The position numbers and the translations under genes were made by a program. This document shows positions 27,951 through 40,816 of a stretch of DNA of 64,000 nucleotides, one piece after another. The stretch lies in assembly GCF_006345805.1 (NCBI RefSeq), contig NC_042999.1:18786001-18850000 (forward strand). Reading direction: 5' to 3'. This DNA comes from Octopus sinensis. Lineage: Eukaryota. Below the pieces are notes generated by a model that was not told where the DNA came from, did no database searches, and saw only the letters and a program-made list of their open reading frames with translations. The first letter of the stretch is position 1. Every line of letters begins with the position of its first letter.

Positions 27951-28422
27951 TGAGTGCGTGTGTGTTAGTATGAATTTGTGTAAATTCTTGATGAAAGTGT
28001 CACGGCACGCATATATACGTGTATGTCTGTGCTTTATCAATCAGAATATATGCCGCCACAACATTTCCCGCAAAATGTAAACCGTTATCAAAGGAACGGG
28101 ACTGATTTGAAAATCATATTAAATTACTTGAAATTACAAACGAACGTATGTGTTTATATGCTAATGTGAGCTTATGAGCGATGGTTATGTATTATATTTT
28201 CACGTGCGTGTCGACATACAGATATATGAATACTTACATAAATTTAAGGACACGTCTTTGTATTCATAATTAATTTCCCATGCTAATTCTTTGTAACAAT
28301 TGAAGTATATTTTGTATCGTTTATTGTGAGCAATTTATTATAAAATACGACTACATTTGATCAACATACATTATATTTTATTATTACATGCAGAAAATTA
28401 TCGCTGTATGCTTACATGTGTG

Positions 28423-28491
<69 letters not shown>

Positions 28492-28667
28492 CGTGTGTGT
28501 GTATATATTTAAGTACATATATTATATATGTATACTTGTATATATATACACATATATATTCACACATATATACATATATATGTATATATGTACATATATA
28601 TATATATATTTATGTACATATATACATATATATATATGTATATATGTATATATGTATATATGTATCC

Positions 28668-28710
<43 letters not shown>

Positions 28711-29642
28711 AACACGTAAGTTTATATGTATGCGTATAGGTTTGTATGGTTGTGATGGTGTAAGAATATTTCTATTCCCATATTTGCAATCCAATGTCTC
28801 TTAGAATAATTAATGAATGGTCTATATAATTCATTGTAACGTACTTTTATATGCAACCGCATGTGACCAACATTCCTTTTTAATGGTGATATCTCACTGA
28901 TTTACATCGAATAACTATGTATGTATATTTATATAAGCATATTTTTCTATTGTGTATGTATGCATACATTTAAATATGCGTATGTGCCCGGGTGCGTCTA
29001 CGTAGGTGTGTGTGACGTTTGTCCGTGTCTGTGTGTGCGTGTGTGTGTGTTTCTCTGTTTGTATGTTTATATATTCATTTGCAGACATTTTTTCTTTATA
29101 CTTATGGATAGGTAACGATTGTTGTGTATAGAAGTGTTTGTATTTTTCTTCTTCCATTCTATTTAGTGACTAAATGTGAATTCAGCGACTGAAGGAAAAA
29201 AATTAATAATTATGAACACGGTGTATCTCTTGCTATATCTAATTTCCCTTAATTTCGCTTTATGTGTTTTTGAAACATTTATTTGACAAAATATAATGCA
29301 ATTTTTATTAACATGAAAGCCATTTTAAATTATAAACGAAAAACTACTCATATCGAGAGATGTACTTTAATTTCGGAAATCTGAGATGAAATATCAAATT
29401 CCATATTATGTCTCTACATTTATAGAAAAATGTAAAATATACAAATATGCATCGCAATTGGGAGATAAATAAACTTATATTTTCTCTGGAAGTTTAGAGG
29501 TGCATGGTTGTATAGGTGTATGCATGTGATGTGTGCACAAGTTCTGTTGACGAATATCACTAGGCAATAAATGTGGCCTCGTGTGTACCGTTGGCGATTT
29601 TTTTCCTCTGTCTTCCCTTCTCTGGATCTTTCCCTCTCTCCT

Positions 29643-29677
29643 GTTTCCGACGAAGAGCTCTGCTCGAAACGTTAAAC
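29643..29677 (+). ncRNA. Minimal hammerhead-ribozyme-like motif (family 2), within a roughly 200-bp Penelope-terminus-like repeat at 29572-29775
   Basis: gttt-CCGACGA-a-gagc-tct-gctc-GAAAC-GTT-aaac: stem I gttt/aaac, stem II gagc/gctc, palindromic AACGTT. Confidence 0.65.
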
Positions 29678-30732
29678 CCTCCTTCTTTCCTTCTTTCCTG
29701 AGCGCCGAATAATACTATATTTGTTCCACGTCCTCGCGTTGTTGTGTTTTTTGTGCTTTCTTGTTTGGATTAACTTATATATATATATATATATATATAT
29801 AAACACGTAAGTTTATATGTATGCGTATAGGTTTGTATGGTTGTGATGGTGTAAGAATATTTCTATTCCCATATTTGCAATCCATGTCTCTTAGAATAAT
29901 TAATGAATGGTCTATATAATTCATTGTAACGTACTTTTATATGCAACCGCATGTGACCAACATTCCTTTTTAATGGTGATATCTCACTGATTTACATCGA
30001 ATAACTATGTATGTATATTTATATAAGCATATTTTTCTATTGTGTATGTATGCATACATTTAAATATGCGTATGTGCCCGGGTGCGTCTACGTAGGTGTG
30101 TGTGACGTTTGTCCGTGTCTGTGTGTGCGTGTGTGTGTGTTTCTCTGTTTGTATGTTTATATATTCATTTGCAGACATTTTTTCTTTATACTTATGGATA
30201 GGTAACGATTGTTGTGTATAGAAGTGTTTGTATTTTTCTTCTTCCATTCTATTTAGTGACTAAATGTGAATTCAGCGACTGAAGGAAAAAAATTAATAAT
30301 TATGAACACGGTGTATCTCTTGCTATATCTAATTTCCCTTAATTTCGCTTTATGTGTTTTTGAAACATTTATTTGACAAAATATAATGCAATTTTTATTA
30401 ACATGAAAGCCATTTTAAATTATAAACGAAAAACTACTCATATCGAGAGATGTACTTTAATTTCGGAAATCTGAGATGAAATATCAAATTCCATATTATG
30501 TCTCTACATTTATAGAAAAATGTAAAATATACAAATATGCATCGCAATTGGGAGATAAATAAACTTATATTTTCTCTGGAAGTTTAGAGGTGCATGGTTG
30601 TATAGGTGTATGCATGTGATGTGTGCACAAGTTCTGTTGACGAATATCACTAGGCAATAAATGTGGCCTCGTGTGTACCGTTGGCGATTTTTTTCCTCTG
30701 TCTTCCCTTCTCTGGATCTTTCCCTCTCTCCT

Positions 30733-30767
30733 GTTTCCGACGAAGAGCTCTGCTCGAAACGTTAAAC
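30733..30767 (+). ncRNA. Duplicate copy of the family-2 hammerhead-like motif
   Basis: Identical to 29643-29677. Confidence 0.65.
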
Positions 30768-30862
30768 CCTCCTTCTTTCCTTCTTTCCTGAGCGCCGAAT
30801 AATACTATATTTGTTCCACGTCCTCGCGTTGTTGTGTTTTTTGTGCTTTCTTGTTTGGATTA

Positions 30863-30929
<67 letters not shown>

Positions 30930-31376
30930 GAGGGGCGGCTGGTTGTAAGAGGTCCAATATTCCGAGTTCTTTCATGGGGTTTAGATTTTGAAACATGAAG
31001 GACCGCTGCAATAGGTGTGTAAATCTGAGAGGGGAATATATTAAATAAAATTATAGTTAACTGATCCTTCTGTATTTCCTTTTACCCATGACAGGAACTT
31101 TTTATCACTTTCTCATATGTATGTATATTATAATATGAGACAACATTTATCTGATGATTGTACGATCACCTTTACTGAGAAATTCCTGGCCTAGCATGAA
31201 GCAAACTGGCAATTATCCGTGACAAAATGTGTTTCATAACATAGTATTTGGTTTTCAAATTGTAGACAGTGATAATTAAAGAAAACAGAATGTTCTATTT
31301 CTGATACATAGCTACATTGGACATTTTAAAATAGTATGAAGCAAAATGTCTTTATTTTTATGGTACCTCATTGATA

Positions 31377-31830
31377 CGAGCTCTGATCAATAAGAAACCG
31401 GATTGTTGTTATAGTAACGAAGCGAAACCATGCAGAGTGACGCCGCTGGGTAGAGTTTGATCTTAAGCAGTCATGCGCATGCGCATTAAATCTTAACGTT
31501 CTAGATCACTTCCGCTGTTTACAGCAGTTCTTAGAAGGAACATGTGTAGCGTGTGGTCGACCCATTGGCTATGACAGGAAAGTTGGCATGGCGATACCAG
31601 GTCAGAGACCTATGCAAATTTGACGAAAGTGTATGGAGAGGAGTGTATGAGCCGCTCACAAGTGTACGTGTTGTTCAAACGTTTCCAGGCTGGCCGAAAA
31701 AATGTCGACATCGATGAACGATCTGGGAGACCCGAATCCAGCAGAACTGTGAGAAAAATCGCAGATGTGCGTGCAATTGTGAGAGTAAATCGTTGAATTA
31801 CAATGTGTGATTTATCAGGGGTTGTGCAGA
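31377..31830 (+). mobile_element. Mariner 5' end with transposase N-terminal HTH fragment
   Basis: TA then cgagctctgatcaataag terminus; translation ETYANLTKVYGEECMSRSQVYVLFKRFQAGRKNVDIDERSGRP. Confidence 0.85.
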
Positions 31831-31833
31831 TTA

Positions 31834-32237
31834 CGAGGGTGAGTCAAAAGTAATGCCATTTTGTTTAGGACAGGTATAATTACCAACACAGGAACAGTTA
31901 GGTACTCGGGTTGCACAGGACCGCCTTGATTGTGTGGAGAACGATATAAACGTTTTGAAAATATTGCGTAGGCCTCTGAGGCGGTATCGCAAAGCTTTTG
32001 GCAACATTTGATGCAGATTCTCTGCTCAATATTCTCTGTCATTATCAATGCGGTGATCCCTCACTACACACCTTCCTTCAAAGCACTACTATAACAATGG
32101 AAGTGAGCTAAAACGTTAAAATTTAGTACGCAAGGAACAAAAGAGCTCAAGGCCAGTTTGTGCCGAGCAGTCTCACTCTGCGCGCTTTAGCTTCGCCACT
32201 ATGCTAATAATCCTGATACTTATTCATAAAAATCACA
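31834..32237 (-). mobile_element. Internally deleted mariner (5' UTR plus transposase start on the minus strand; second TIR type at the left end)
   Basis: Left terminus TA-cgagggtgagtcaaaag; ORF from 32048 MIMTENIEQRICIKCCQKLCDTASEAYA (mariner EQRxCIKFC motif); right terminus homologous to the 31377 TIR. Confidence 0.75.
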
Positions 32238-32279
32238 TATATTGATTATCAAATACACATCAATTGTGGAATATCCTTT

Positions 32280-33267
32280 GAATTGTAACCTCTTATAATC
32301 ATCCTTAATGACTTCAAATCCTTCCAATCCTCTCTTCATATCCTTCCCAGTTTTATATGCCACTATATTTATCCACCTTCTGTTATATCCGCCTGTATTC
32401 CTTCTACGTCCTCAACACTCGCTAATCCCATTCACATAATTCTGATACATTAATAGAGGCGTACATTAACTGGTAATATGCCATATGGTTTCACTATTTT
32501 GTTCACAAATTCTGCACTTATCACTATCTGATGAGTTGCCTATTCTGTATTTCATGTAATTGGTTCTTACTGCTTGCTCAGATTAGAGCCTCTGTTTCCG
32601 GTATTAAATCACTTTTAGTCATCCATAGCCATCTTTTTCCTCTGTCTGTCTTATCTTCGACATCCCTATTGAATTGTCCATGCATTATTTTCTTTATCCA
32701 GTTCATTCATTTTCAAGTCCTCGTACGGTTTTTCATCTTCTCAATCAGCCATCTTACACAAGCCTGATATTCTTCTAATTATAGTGTGTCTGTAGATCTT
32801 TTTACATACCATGCGATATTTTATTTTTCTTCAGCTCTAATGTTCAGTTCGCATCCAATCAGTCCTCTTTCCCCTCTTTTTCTTGGCACATACACACTCT
32901 CTGTATAAACTTTTGGCTTGAGTATCCAATATCTACTCAGCAATTTTCTTCTCTTTCTGTCTAAGATGTTTAGTTCGTCTTCTGTCCATGCGAGTACGCT
33001 CCATATCTAAATAGTGAAACCGCCCAGGTGTTGATTGCTTTAATCTTATTCCACCCGTTCAAGTTCGAATTACGGATCAGTCTCAGTCTGCGCAAGTACA
33101 CAACCTTAAATTTTTCGGATATTCCTTTCTTCATCAAATTATCCACTTCCAGTATCCCCAAATACTTACAGCCCGTCTCTTCTATCTGCCTCATAACCTC
33201 CCCCGAGAGAATTACCAGCCCCTTCATACGTTCGATTTTGCCTCTCTTCAAGTCTAGCACACCACAC

Positions 33268-33270
<3 letters not shown>
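32280..33270 (-). mobile_element. R4/Dong-like (RLE-type) non-LTR retrotransposon fragment
   Basis: KCGVLDLKRGK..KYLGILE..YLRRLRLIRNSNLNGWNKIKAINTWAVSLFRYGA, YVPRKRGERGL, MHGQF, KSDLIPETEALI, CRICEQNSETIWHI. The 5' end abuts (TAA)n. Confidence 0.85.
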
Positions 33271-33315
<45 letters not shown>

Positions 33316-33326
33316 TATATTATCAT

Positions 33327-33376
<50 letters not shown>

Positions 33377-33395
33377 TCATTATTATTATTATGCT
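33270..33395. repeat. (ATT)n-(ACT)n microsatellite
   Basis: Direct read. Confidence 0.96.
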
Positions 33396-33484
33396 CATTA
33401 TTATGCTTACAGTCTATAGTTCTTAAGCGCATTTATTTATTCATATATTTAGTTGACCCTTTCTCTTCCCTTTCCACTGCCCTT

Positions 33485-33690
33485 AATCCCTTCTACGTCC
33501 GCAACACTCTCTAATCCCTTTCACATCCTTCTGATACATTAATAATAGCGTACACTGACTGGTAATATGCCATATGTTTTCACCATTTTATTCACAAATT
33601 CTGCACTTATCACTTTCTGATGAGTTGTCTATTCTGTATTTCATGTAATTGGTTCTTAATACTTGCTCAGATTAGAGACTCTTTGTTCCT
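33485..33690 (-). mobile_element. Second diverged copy of the 32397-32600 segment of the R4/Dong-like element
   Basis: Homologous sequence; similar ORF starts at 32531 and 33620. Confidence 0.85.
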
Positions 33691-34069
33691 ATCGCTACTA
33701 ATCCCTTTTCTGACACTCCCTTCCCCTCTATATGTATCGCCTTTCTCTCCCTATCCATTTTCTCCTTATGAATATTCAATCCGTTCTGGCCATCTCTTCT
33801 GGTCATGTAGTAGGCGTTGCAAACTTCCTGACCATGCTTAGTGGGTCAATGTGATCATATTTGATATGGCTAAACTAAAGAAGATTTTGATTAAAAGTCG
33901 AATTGCGTTTCATTATTATCAGAAACGCACATATTGAATATATTCAACATATCATTACTTGGTTTGACTGCATTATTACACATTATATGTCTCTGTGCTA
34001 GTAAAAACTACACATATATGCGCACGCGTGTGTGTGTGTTTGTGATTTTGATTTTGAATCTCTGTTTGT

Positions 34070-34275
34070 TGCTCAATGCCACTTGACAATAGGTATTGGT
34101 TTGTTAATTTTTCTGTAACTTAGAGGGTCGACGAAAGTGACCGACAGAATAAGTATCAAACTTTTACAAAGTATCAGTACTGTGGTCGATTTTGCATATT
34201 TCATATTTGAAGAGTGTGCACCAGCGTATCTGCGTTCAATGATTCAATGACCGAAACCAACAACAGATTAAAAAT
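34070..34275. mobile_element. Old SINE/repeat copy (17537 family)
   Basis: gaccgacagaataagta..gtggtcgat..ccagc..aatgaccgaaac. Confidence 0.6.
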
Positions 34276-34989
34276 CATACACAAGTTTACACACATACAC
34301 GTTTATAAGTTTTCAAATATATAGATACATATAGCCTTTATGTAGACATAGAAATATGCTTGAAATACCTCCACGAAGAAATAGAAACATCACACCATGA
34401 TGTACAGAGTAAATCGGAAATAAAGTCAACAGATATTCCTTCTGATACATCGACTGGTCTGTTCCACATCTTTCATTTCCTTTTCTGAAATTTATAATTT
34501 AAATGTTGCAGACTTTATTTTACAGATTCATGGAGAAGTGTGCGGCATTTATGCAAATCAGTTAATTAAGTGATATTTTCAGGTTTGTCTAGGCTTAATA
34601 CAGGCATAATCGATTTGGATCAACACCATGCTTTTCATATCCACGTTGATTGGTAATTCTCACTTATAAAGATCAGAACTAGGTTTCTAGAGTATCCTTC
34701 GAAGAACACCAGTAAAAAACAACAATTCGAATTCATAGACATCATAACTCATTAGCGACTTTTACTGTTATGATATAAATGATATCACAAGGTGTTAATA
34801 GCAGATATTTTTACAGGCATCATCATCTTCGTAAACCTCTACCTTGCAAGAAAATATGCAATACGTATAACGAATTACGTATTCTAACTAGTATATTTGA
34901 TACTATATATGATATGCAGTGAGGCGATGATTTTAGAACATATTTACCAGGTATTGACAGCATTATTCTTTTCTTATAGCAACTATAGC

Positions 34990-35420
34990 ATCACACATAC
35001 GTCAGCATCAACATCGGCATCGCCATACTTATCTTAATCATCACCATCATCGCCATTATCATCATCCTCGTCGGTGTCGTACTCGCCGTCGCCGTCGATG
35101 CAATCTCCATCACAATCATCATCATCATAATCATCATCATCATAATCACCATCATCATCATCATCATCATCATCATCATAATCACCACAGTCATCAATGA
35201 ACGTCATCTGCATTGCCATCATCATCATCATCATCGACATTAGCATTACCTACACCAGCATCAAGGCTGGTTCATTGGCACCAATATAATCATCATCCTT
35301 ATGCTTATCTCCCTTCTCCTTTTCCTCCTTCTTCTCCTCCACTTCATTATCATCATCAACATCATCTTCAACATCACGGTCAGCATCATAATTAACATAA
35401 TTCTGATTATCATGGTAGAT
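34990..35420. repeat. Degenerate (CAT)n low-complexity tract
   Basis: Direct read. Confidence 0.9.
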
Positions 35421-35829
35421 AATTATCATTACCATTTTAATGCTACCCCCCACAGGTGCCAACGCCACCATCACCATCATTGTCGTTGTCGACAACATTT
35501 TTTCTACCTCCATTCCTACCCCATCCTGATCCTCTGCTCACTCTACTCCGCCTCTCTCTTCTAATTCTCCACAACCTCATCCTTCTCCTCCCTCTCATTA
35601 TCCATATTTTCAACCGCATTCTAAGTAACTATAAGCTCAACATCACTGTCCTTATTCGTTGTCGCGATAGTCACAATAATCGACTTATTTCTATTTGTAC
35701 TATATTTATTTCCTAACTATAGTTTCATTGATCTTTCATTAACCAGCAGAATGATTTGTTTGCAAAAATTCAATCAATTCCATATTTTTAGAAGATTGGT
35801 TTTAATTTAAATATTTGATGGGATATATC

Positions 35830-36240
35830 AATGTATATAGACATATGTACATACATATTCTCATATACATATATATGTCTATACGTATATATGTCTATAT
35901 AGATATATACGTATATACATATATATATACAGAGAGAGAGCGAGAGAGAAAGATATATATATATATACATATATACACACGCATATATTCGTACGCGTAT
36001 ATGTATGAATACATACATATACTTAATACGCATACATATATACATATATATACACATATATCTTACCGTTTAGATTTATATATTTTAGATATTAACATTC
36101 ACAAATGTATATATATTATATATATATAAATATTATGTGTATATGTGCATATGAATATATATATATATATACATATGTATATAAACACATATATATGTAT
36201 ATAAACATATATATATATGTATATATGTATGTGTATGTAC

Positions 36241-36286
<46 letters not shown>

Positions 36287-36453
36287 ACGCAGAAACAAAT
36301 TCGTTAATATGCATGTACAATGCATAGAAATTATACACACATGCACAGACAAACACACACACACAAATACAGTTTTAGAAGTACACATTTAAATATGTGT
36401 ATATTACCTCACCAACATGTACAATCCGGCCGATCGTAACACACACACACACG

Positions 36454-36513
<60 letters not shown>

Positions 36514-36530
36514 ATACATACCTAACGTAC
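35830..36530. repeat. Degenerate (TA)n/(CA)n tracts
   Basis: Direct read. Confidence 0.9.
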
Positions 36531-37201
36531 ACAACTCCATCTATGCACAAAAATATTCGCATATACCGACGTCCTTCATACATATATTCATACACTATTG
36601 TATTATTAAATTCCTTTCTCTGAAATCCGCGTTAATAAAATTTACTTCTAAAAATTTCCATTTGTATTCAAATGTAAAATATTTTTTTCTTCATTTTTCA
36701 TGTCCTCAAGCAACATTTATATTGAATACTTGATTTTTCATATTTCTAGCGTTTGCATTCGTACTTTCTCTCCTTCTTTCTCTCAGTCTCCCTCGCTCTT
36801 TCTGGCATCTGTGTTTTCTTTTATATATGTGTCGTTAAATTTCATTTGTGGTTGGCGTGATGGCGATTTTCTCACTTTCTTGTTCTCTTTCATACATCTT
36901 CGTTATCTCTTTCCTCTATCTCTCATTTCTTACACTGAGGATTTTCCTGATTATTTCACGCGTTTTACCCTTTTTTTGTTTTTTGACTTTAATATTACTT
37001 TTAAATTCATTTTTACGTAAATCTTGACATCATCATCTCCAAAATCTTGTATTGCAGTTGCTCAAATGGGGAATACAGGTCTCTGTCCTTCTCGAACTCT
37101 GAAGTTCTTAATATCACTAAATCGCTTTCTTTGCTATCATAATAAATACACCAGAACCGAAACCGTCACCACCACCACCAATACTGCCGCTGCTGCTACT
37201 G

Positions 37202-37237
<36 letters not shown>

Positions 37238-37255
37238 ATAATGATGATGATGATG

Positions 37256-37287
<32 letters not shown>

Positions 37288-37296
37288 CAATAAATA

Positions 37297-37856
37297 ATAA
37301 ATGCCCTCATGCAGTACCAGGCAGTGGCTCTCATGGCTTCTGATCTTAACTGATTGGAAGTGTTATCATGTACATTGTTTTGTCTTGGTATAAAAGATGG
37401 GCTACATCAAATATTCTGCTCAATACCACATATTTGCTTGTCAGTTGTTTGGCCTTAACCAGTTGAGCATGTCCCTTAGTGGCTGACAATATGTGCATCT
37501 CTGATCAGGAGCAGAAGTAGTGGGGGAGCATCATGGCCATGTGTTGAGAGGGATTCTTTGGGGTTTGAATAATTCACCTCTGGAAACATAGGTGTTTCGT
37601 TCAACATCCTAGAGCAACTCTTATTCAGGGACCTTTTGAGCAGGATGGGCTACTCAACCTGAAGAAAATTCTAACTGGGCTCCACCTGCAAGGTCATGTG
37701 CTGTTTATCTTGATATGAGATCACCATGTCGCGCACATATGGTTGTGATGCATGTGCCTGGTGTACCTTTATCAGACGGGTAGTCATGATGGGTATATTG
37801 GGCTTCGTTTATTTTACCCCAGTGTCACTTTGATGGCATGAACTGCTCTCTCACTC
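37297..37856. mobile_element. About 555-bp non-coding interspersed repeat flanked by (AAT)n
   Basis: Starts taaatgccc, ends ctctctcactc; full copy at 40812-41361 and a deleted copy at 39523-39748. Confidence 0.9.
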
Positions 37857-37909
<53 letters not shown>

Positions 37910-38020
37910 GAAGAAGAAGAAGAAGAAGAAGAAGAAGAAGAAGAAGAAGAAGAAGAAGAAGGAGGAGGAGGAGGAGGAGCAGGAGGAGCAGGAGGACAAG
38001 GAGGTGGAGGAGTAGAAGAA
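37857..38020. repeat. (TAA)n-(GAA)n-(GGA)n compound microsatellite
   Basis: Direct read. Confidence 0.96.
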
Positions 38021-38021
38021 G

Positions 38022-39488
38022 ATAGATTCCTTAACTAAATCAGTCCAAAAATATGATAGAGACATCGGTATGGAATTTGGGATTACCAAATGCTCAGTAC
38101 TTAATATGAAAAGAGGGAAGAAAGCAGCCTGCAGAGGATTGTGGTTAATATCAAGAGACACCATGAGTGAACCCGACGATAGTAGGTATAGATATTTAGG
38201 TATTATAGAACTTGATGACATTCTACAAAGAGAAATAAAAGTTAAGGCCAGCGAAGTGTATCATAAAATGGTGAAGATGGCGTTGAAATCCAACCTGAAT
38301 ACCGAACATTTGATTACCGCAATGAATATCTGGGCAGATATAATGGGTTCATCCTGAAATGGACTACGGCGGAAATATCAACACTGGATAGAAAGACGAG
38401 AAAGTTGATGACGCTGCATGGAGCACTACACCCTAAAGCAAGCATAAACAGATTGTATATGAAAAGAAAGAATGGTGGCAGAAGACTAATTACTATAGAC
38501 TTTTGTATTAGGAGGGAAAGGAGAACGCTTGCCGAGTATTTGATAAATAGTGATGAAGACCTGCTGCAATATGCTGCGAAATATATGGGTGTAAATGCAG
38601 ATGAAAAGATGAGCAAGGTGGAGTGTAACCAAATATTTGAGAAGAGAAAAGAAGACCTTTTTTCAAATGAGAATGCATGAACAGTTTGGAAGGAATGCAC
38701 AAGACGATAGTGATAATACTGCATCGTGAGCATGGCTTAAATGAGGTGATTTGAAGTGTACCACTGAAAGCCTGATCATTGCTGCACAAGACCAAGCTAT
38801 TGCTATCAATTCAGTGAAGTATAGCATTTATGAAACTTTTGACACCCAGGGATGCAGACTCTGGGGAAAGAGTTGGAAAATGCGACCCACTGGGAAGTGG
38901 ATGTGAGAGCCTTGCACAAAAAGAATACAAACGCCGCCCGAATAAAGAGTTATGTAACTTCATTGCCTCTCATGCTGTAAATAGAAATAACGGAGAACTG
39001 GTATGAACATGTACCAAGTGAAAATTATGCAGAAGGATGGAAAAGTAACAATAATCTGGGACTAGGATTTTCAGACGTATAATCGAATACCGTCAGCCGG
39101 ATATTGTCATATTGAATAAGAGGGATGAATATTGCCAGATCATTGATGTAGCCATACCAAATGACATGAATATTGCGAGTAAAGAGGTTGAAAAAATCCC
39201 CAAGTGCTCCGAATTGAAAGTGGAAATGGCAAGACTGTATGGAATGCAAGATGGTGATGTAAAAGTGATACCAATAGTGATCGGAGCGTTGGTCTCAATC
39301 CCATTGAAAATTCAAGACTTGTTAAGGCAACTGAAAATCCTATGCAAGAGTGATGTCATGTAAAAAGCAGCCTTATTGGGCACAGCGCACGTCTTAAGGA
39401 CAGCATTATCTGCCTGTGGTCCTTGTTGTGACTTCACAGATAACTAAACACACCGGTGCATTTTTACCAACACCGTGTTGCGAAGGAA
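38022..39488 (+). mobile_element. 5'-truncated R4/Dong-like retrotransposon: RT C-terminus, Zn knuckle, RLE endonuclease, 3' UTR (pseudogenised)
   Basis: GMEFGITKCSVLNMKRGK, YRYLGIIE, LDRKTRKLMTLHGALHPKASINRLYMKRKNGGR, TESLIIAAQDQA, PDIVILNKRDEYCQIIDVAIPND..KEVEKIPKCSELKVE (PD..D..K), KAALLGTAHVLR. Confidence 0.9.
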
Positions 39489-39522
39489 TAACAACAACAA
39501 AAAACAACAATAATATTAATAT

Positions 39523-39748
39523 AAGGGCTACAGAAAATATTCTCCTTGATACCACAGATTTGTTTGTTAGTGGGCCCCACCTGTGAGGTCATGCGCTGTC
39601 TATATTGAAATGAGCTCAGTGTCACGCACATATAGTTGTGATGCATGTGCTTCGTGTACCCTTAACAGGCGGTAGTCATGATATATATATTTTACTTCAT
39701 ATATTTTACCCCAGTGTCACTTTGATGACATGCACTGCTCTCTCAGTC
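39523..39748. mobile_element. Internally deleted copy of the 555-bp repeat
   Basis: Matches both the early part and the 3' end of 37297-37856. Confidence 0.8.
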
Positions 39749-39899
39749 AATAATATTTGCGACAACAACAACAACGATAATAATATCGTTGTGATTTATT
39801 ATTATTGTTGATTTTATCTGTGTCATAATTATCGTCTTGTATTGCCACAATTATTGCAATGCACACCATATGTTTCACAACACGCAATCAATATCCTCC

Positions 39900-40310
39900 T
39901 CCTCCTTCTCCTAATCATCATCATTGTCATCGTCGTTATCGTCATCATGTTTACAGTCATCATCTTCATCACCATAGTAATCATGGGAATATACGCTTAC
40001 CTTTGCCTTCTCCTCCGCCTCCTCCTCCTCCTCCCCATCATCATGATCATCTATATTAAATAATCATCATCATCAACGTCCTCATTACTTTCTTCATCAT
40101 CACAAACATCATCATCCTTATGAACACCATCATCGTCATCATCATCACCAACCTCGTCATCATCAGTAACATCGTCATCATCATCATTGTCATTGTCATC
40201 GTCGTTATCGTCATCATCAACATCATCACCGTCATCAGCAGCAGCACTCGTCAAAATTAGCGTCATCGTCACCATCATCGTCATCATATTTATCATCACT
40301 GTCGTTCCTA
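39900..40310. repeat. Degenerate (CAT)n/(CCT)n tract
   Basis: Direct read. Confidence 0.9.
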
Positions 40311-40732
40311 TAGCATTTTGGCTGTGATCAATAGAGTATGTTGTGTAAAACAATTATTGGCGTTGAACGTATTGATTATTCGGATCAGATCTAATATTTG
40401 CTTACGAGTGTCAATATTTGACATTAAAAATCTATGTGTTAAACTGAAGTCAAAAATTACCAACCATTTGGTGAAATATAATCCGGTCTCCGTAAAAAAA
40501 TTATCGACATTTGTATTTAGTCATTCTGTTGTTGCTTTTGGATGTGAGGCAGCTATTTATTTTGCAAACGTAGAGGCATGACAAGGGCGATAATCATGCG
40601 CGCAACATGTGCAAGAATGATCTATAAACCGACATAATAATGATGACGATGATGATGATGATGATGATGATGATGCTGGTGATGGTGATGGTGATGATGA
40701 TGGTGATGATAATGATGATGATGATGATAATA

Positions 40733-40767
<35 letters not shown>

Positions 40768-40776
40768 GATAATAAC

Positions 40777-40811
<35 letters not shown>

Positions 40812-40816
<5 letters not shown>

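Larger units (their letters stand above)
28711..30865. repeat. Near-identical 1090-bp tandem duplication (28711-29775 and 29802-30865) separated by (TA)n
   Basis: Identical ORFs offset by 1090 (28915/30005). The only internal difference seen is a 1-bp indel (ccaatgtc vs ccatgtc). Confidence 0.95.

Noticed and set aside
32397-33690. Offset of about 1089 between the R4 duplicates matching the 1090-bp tandem period
   Set aside because: The sequences are unrelated and the divergence levels are very different; treated as coincidence.
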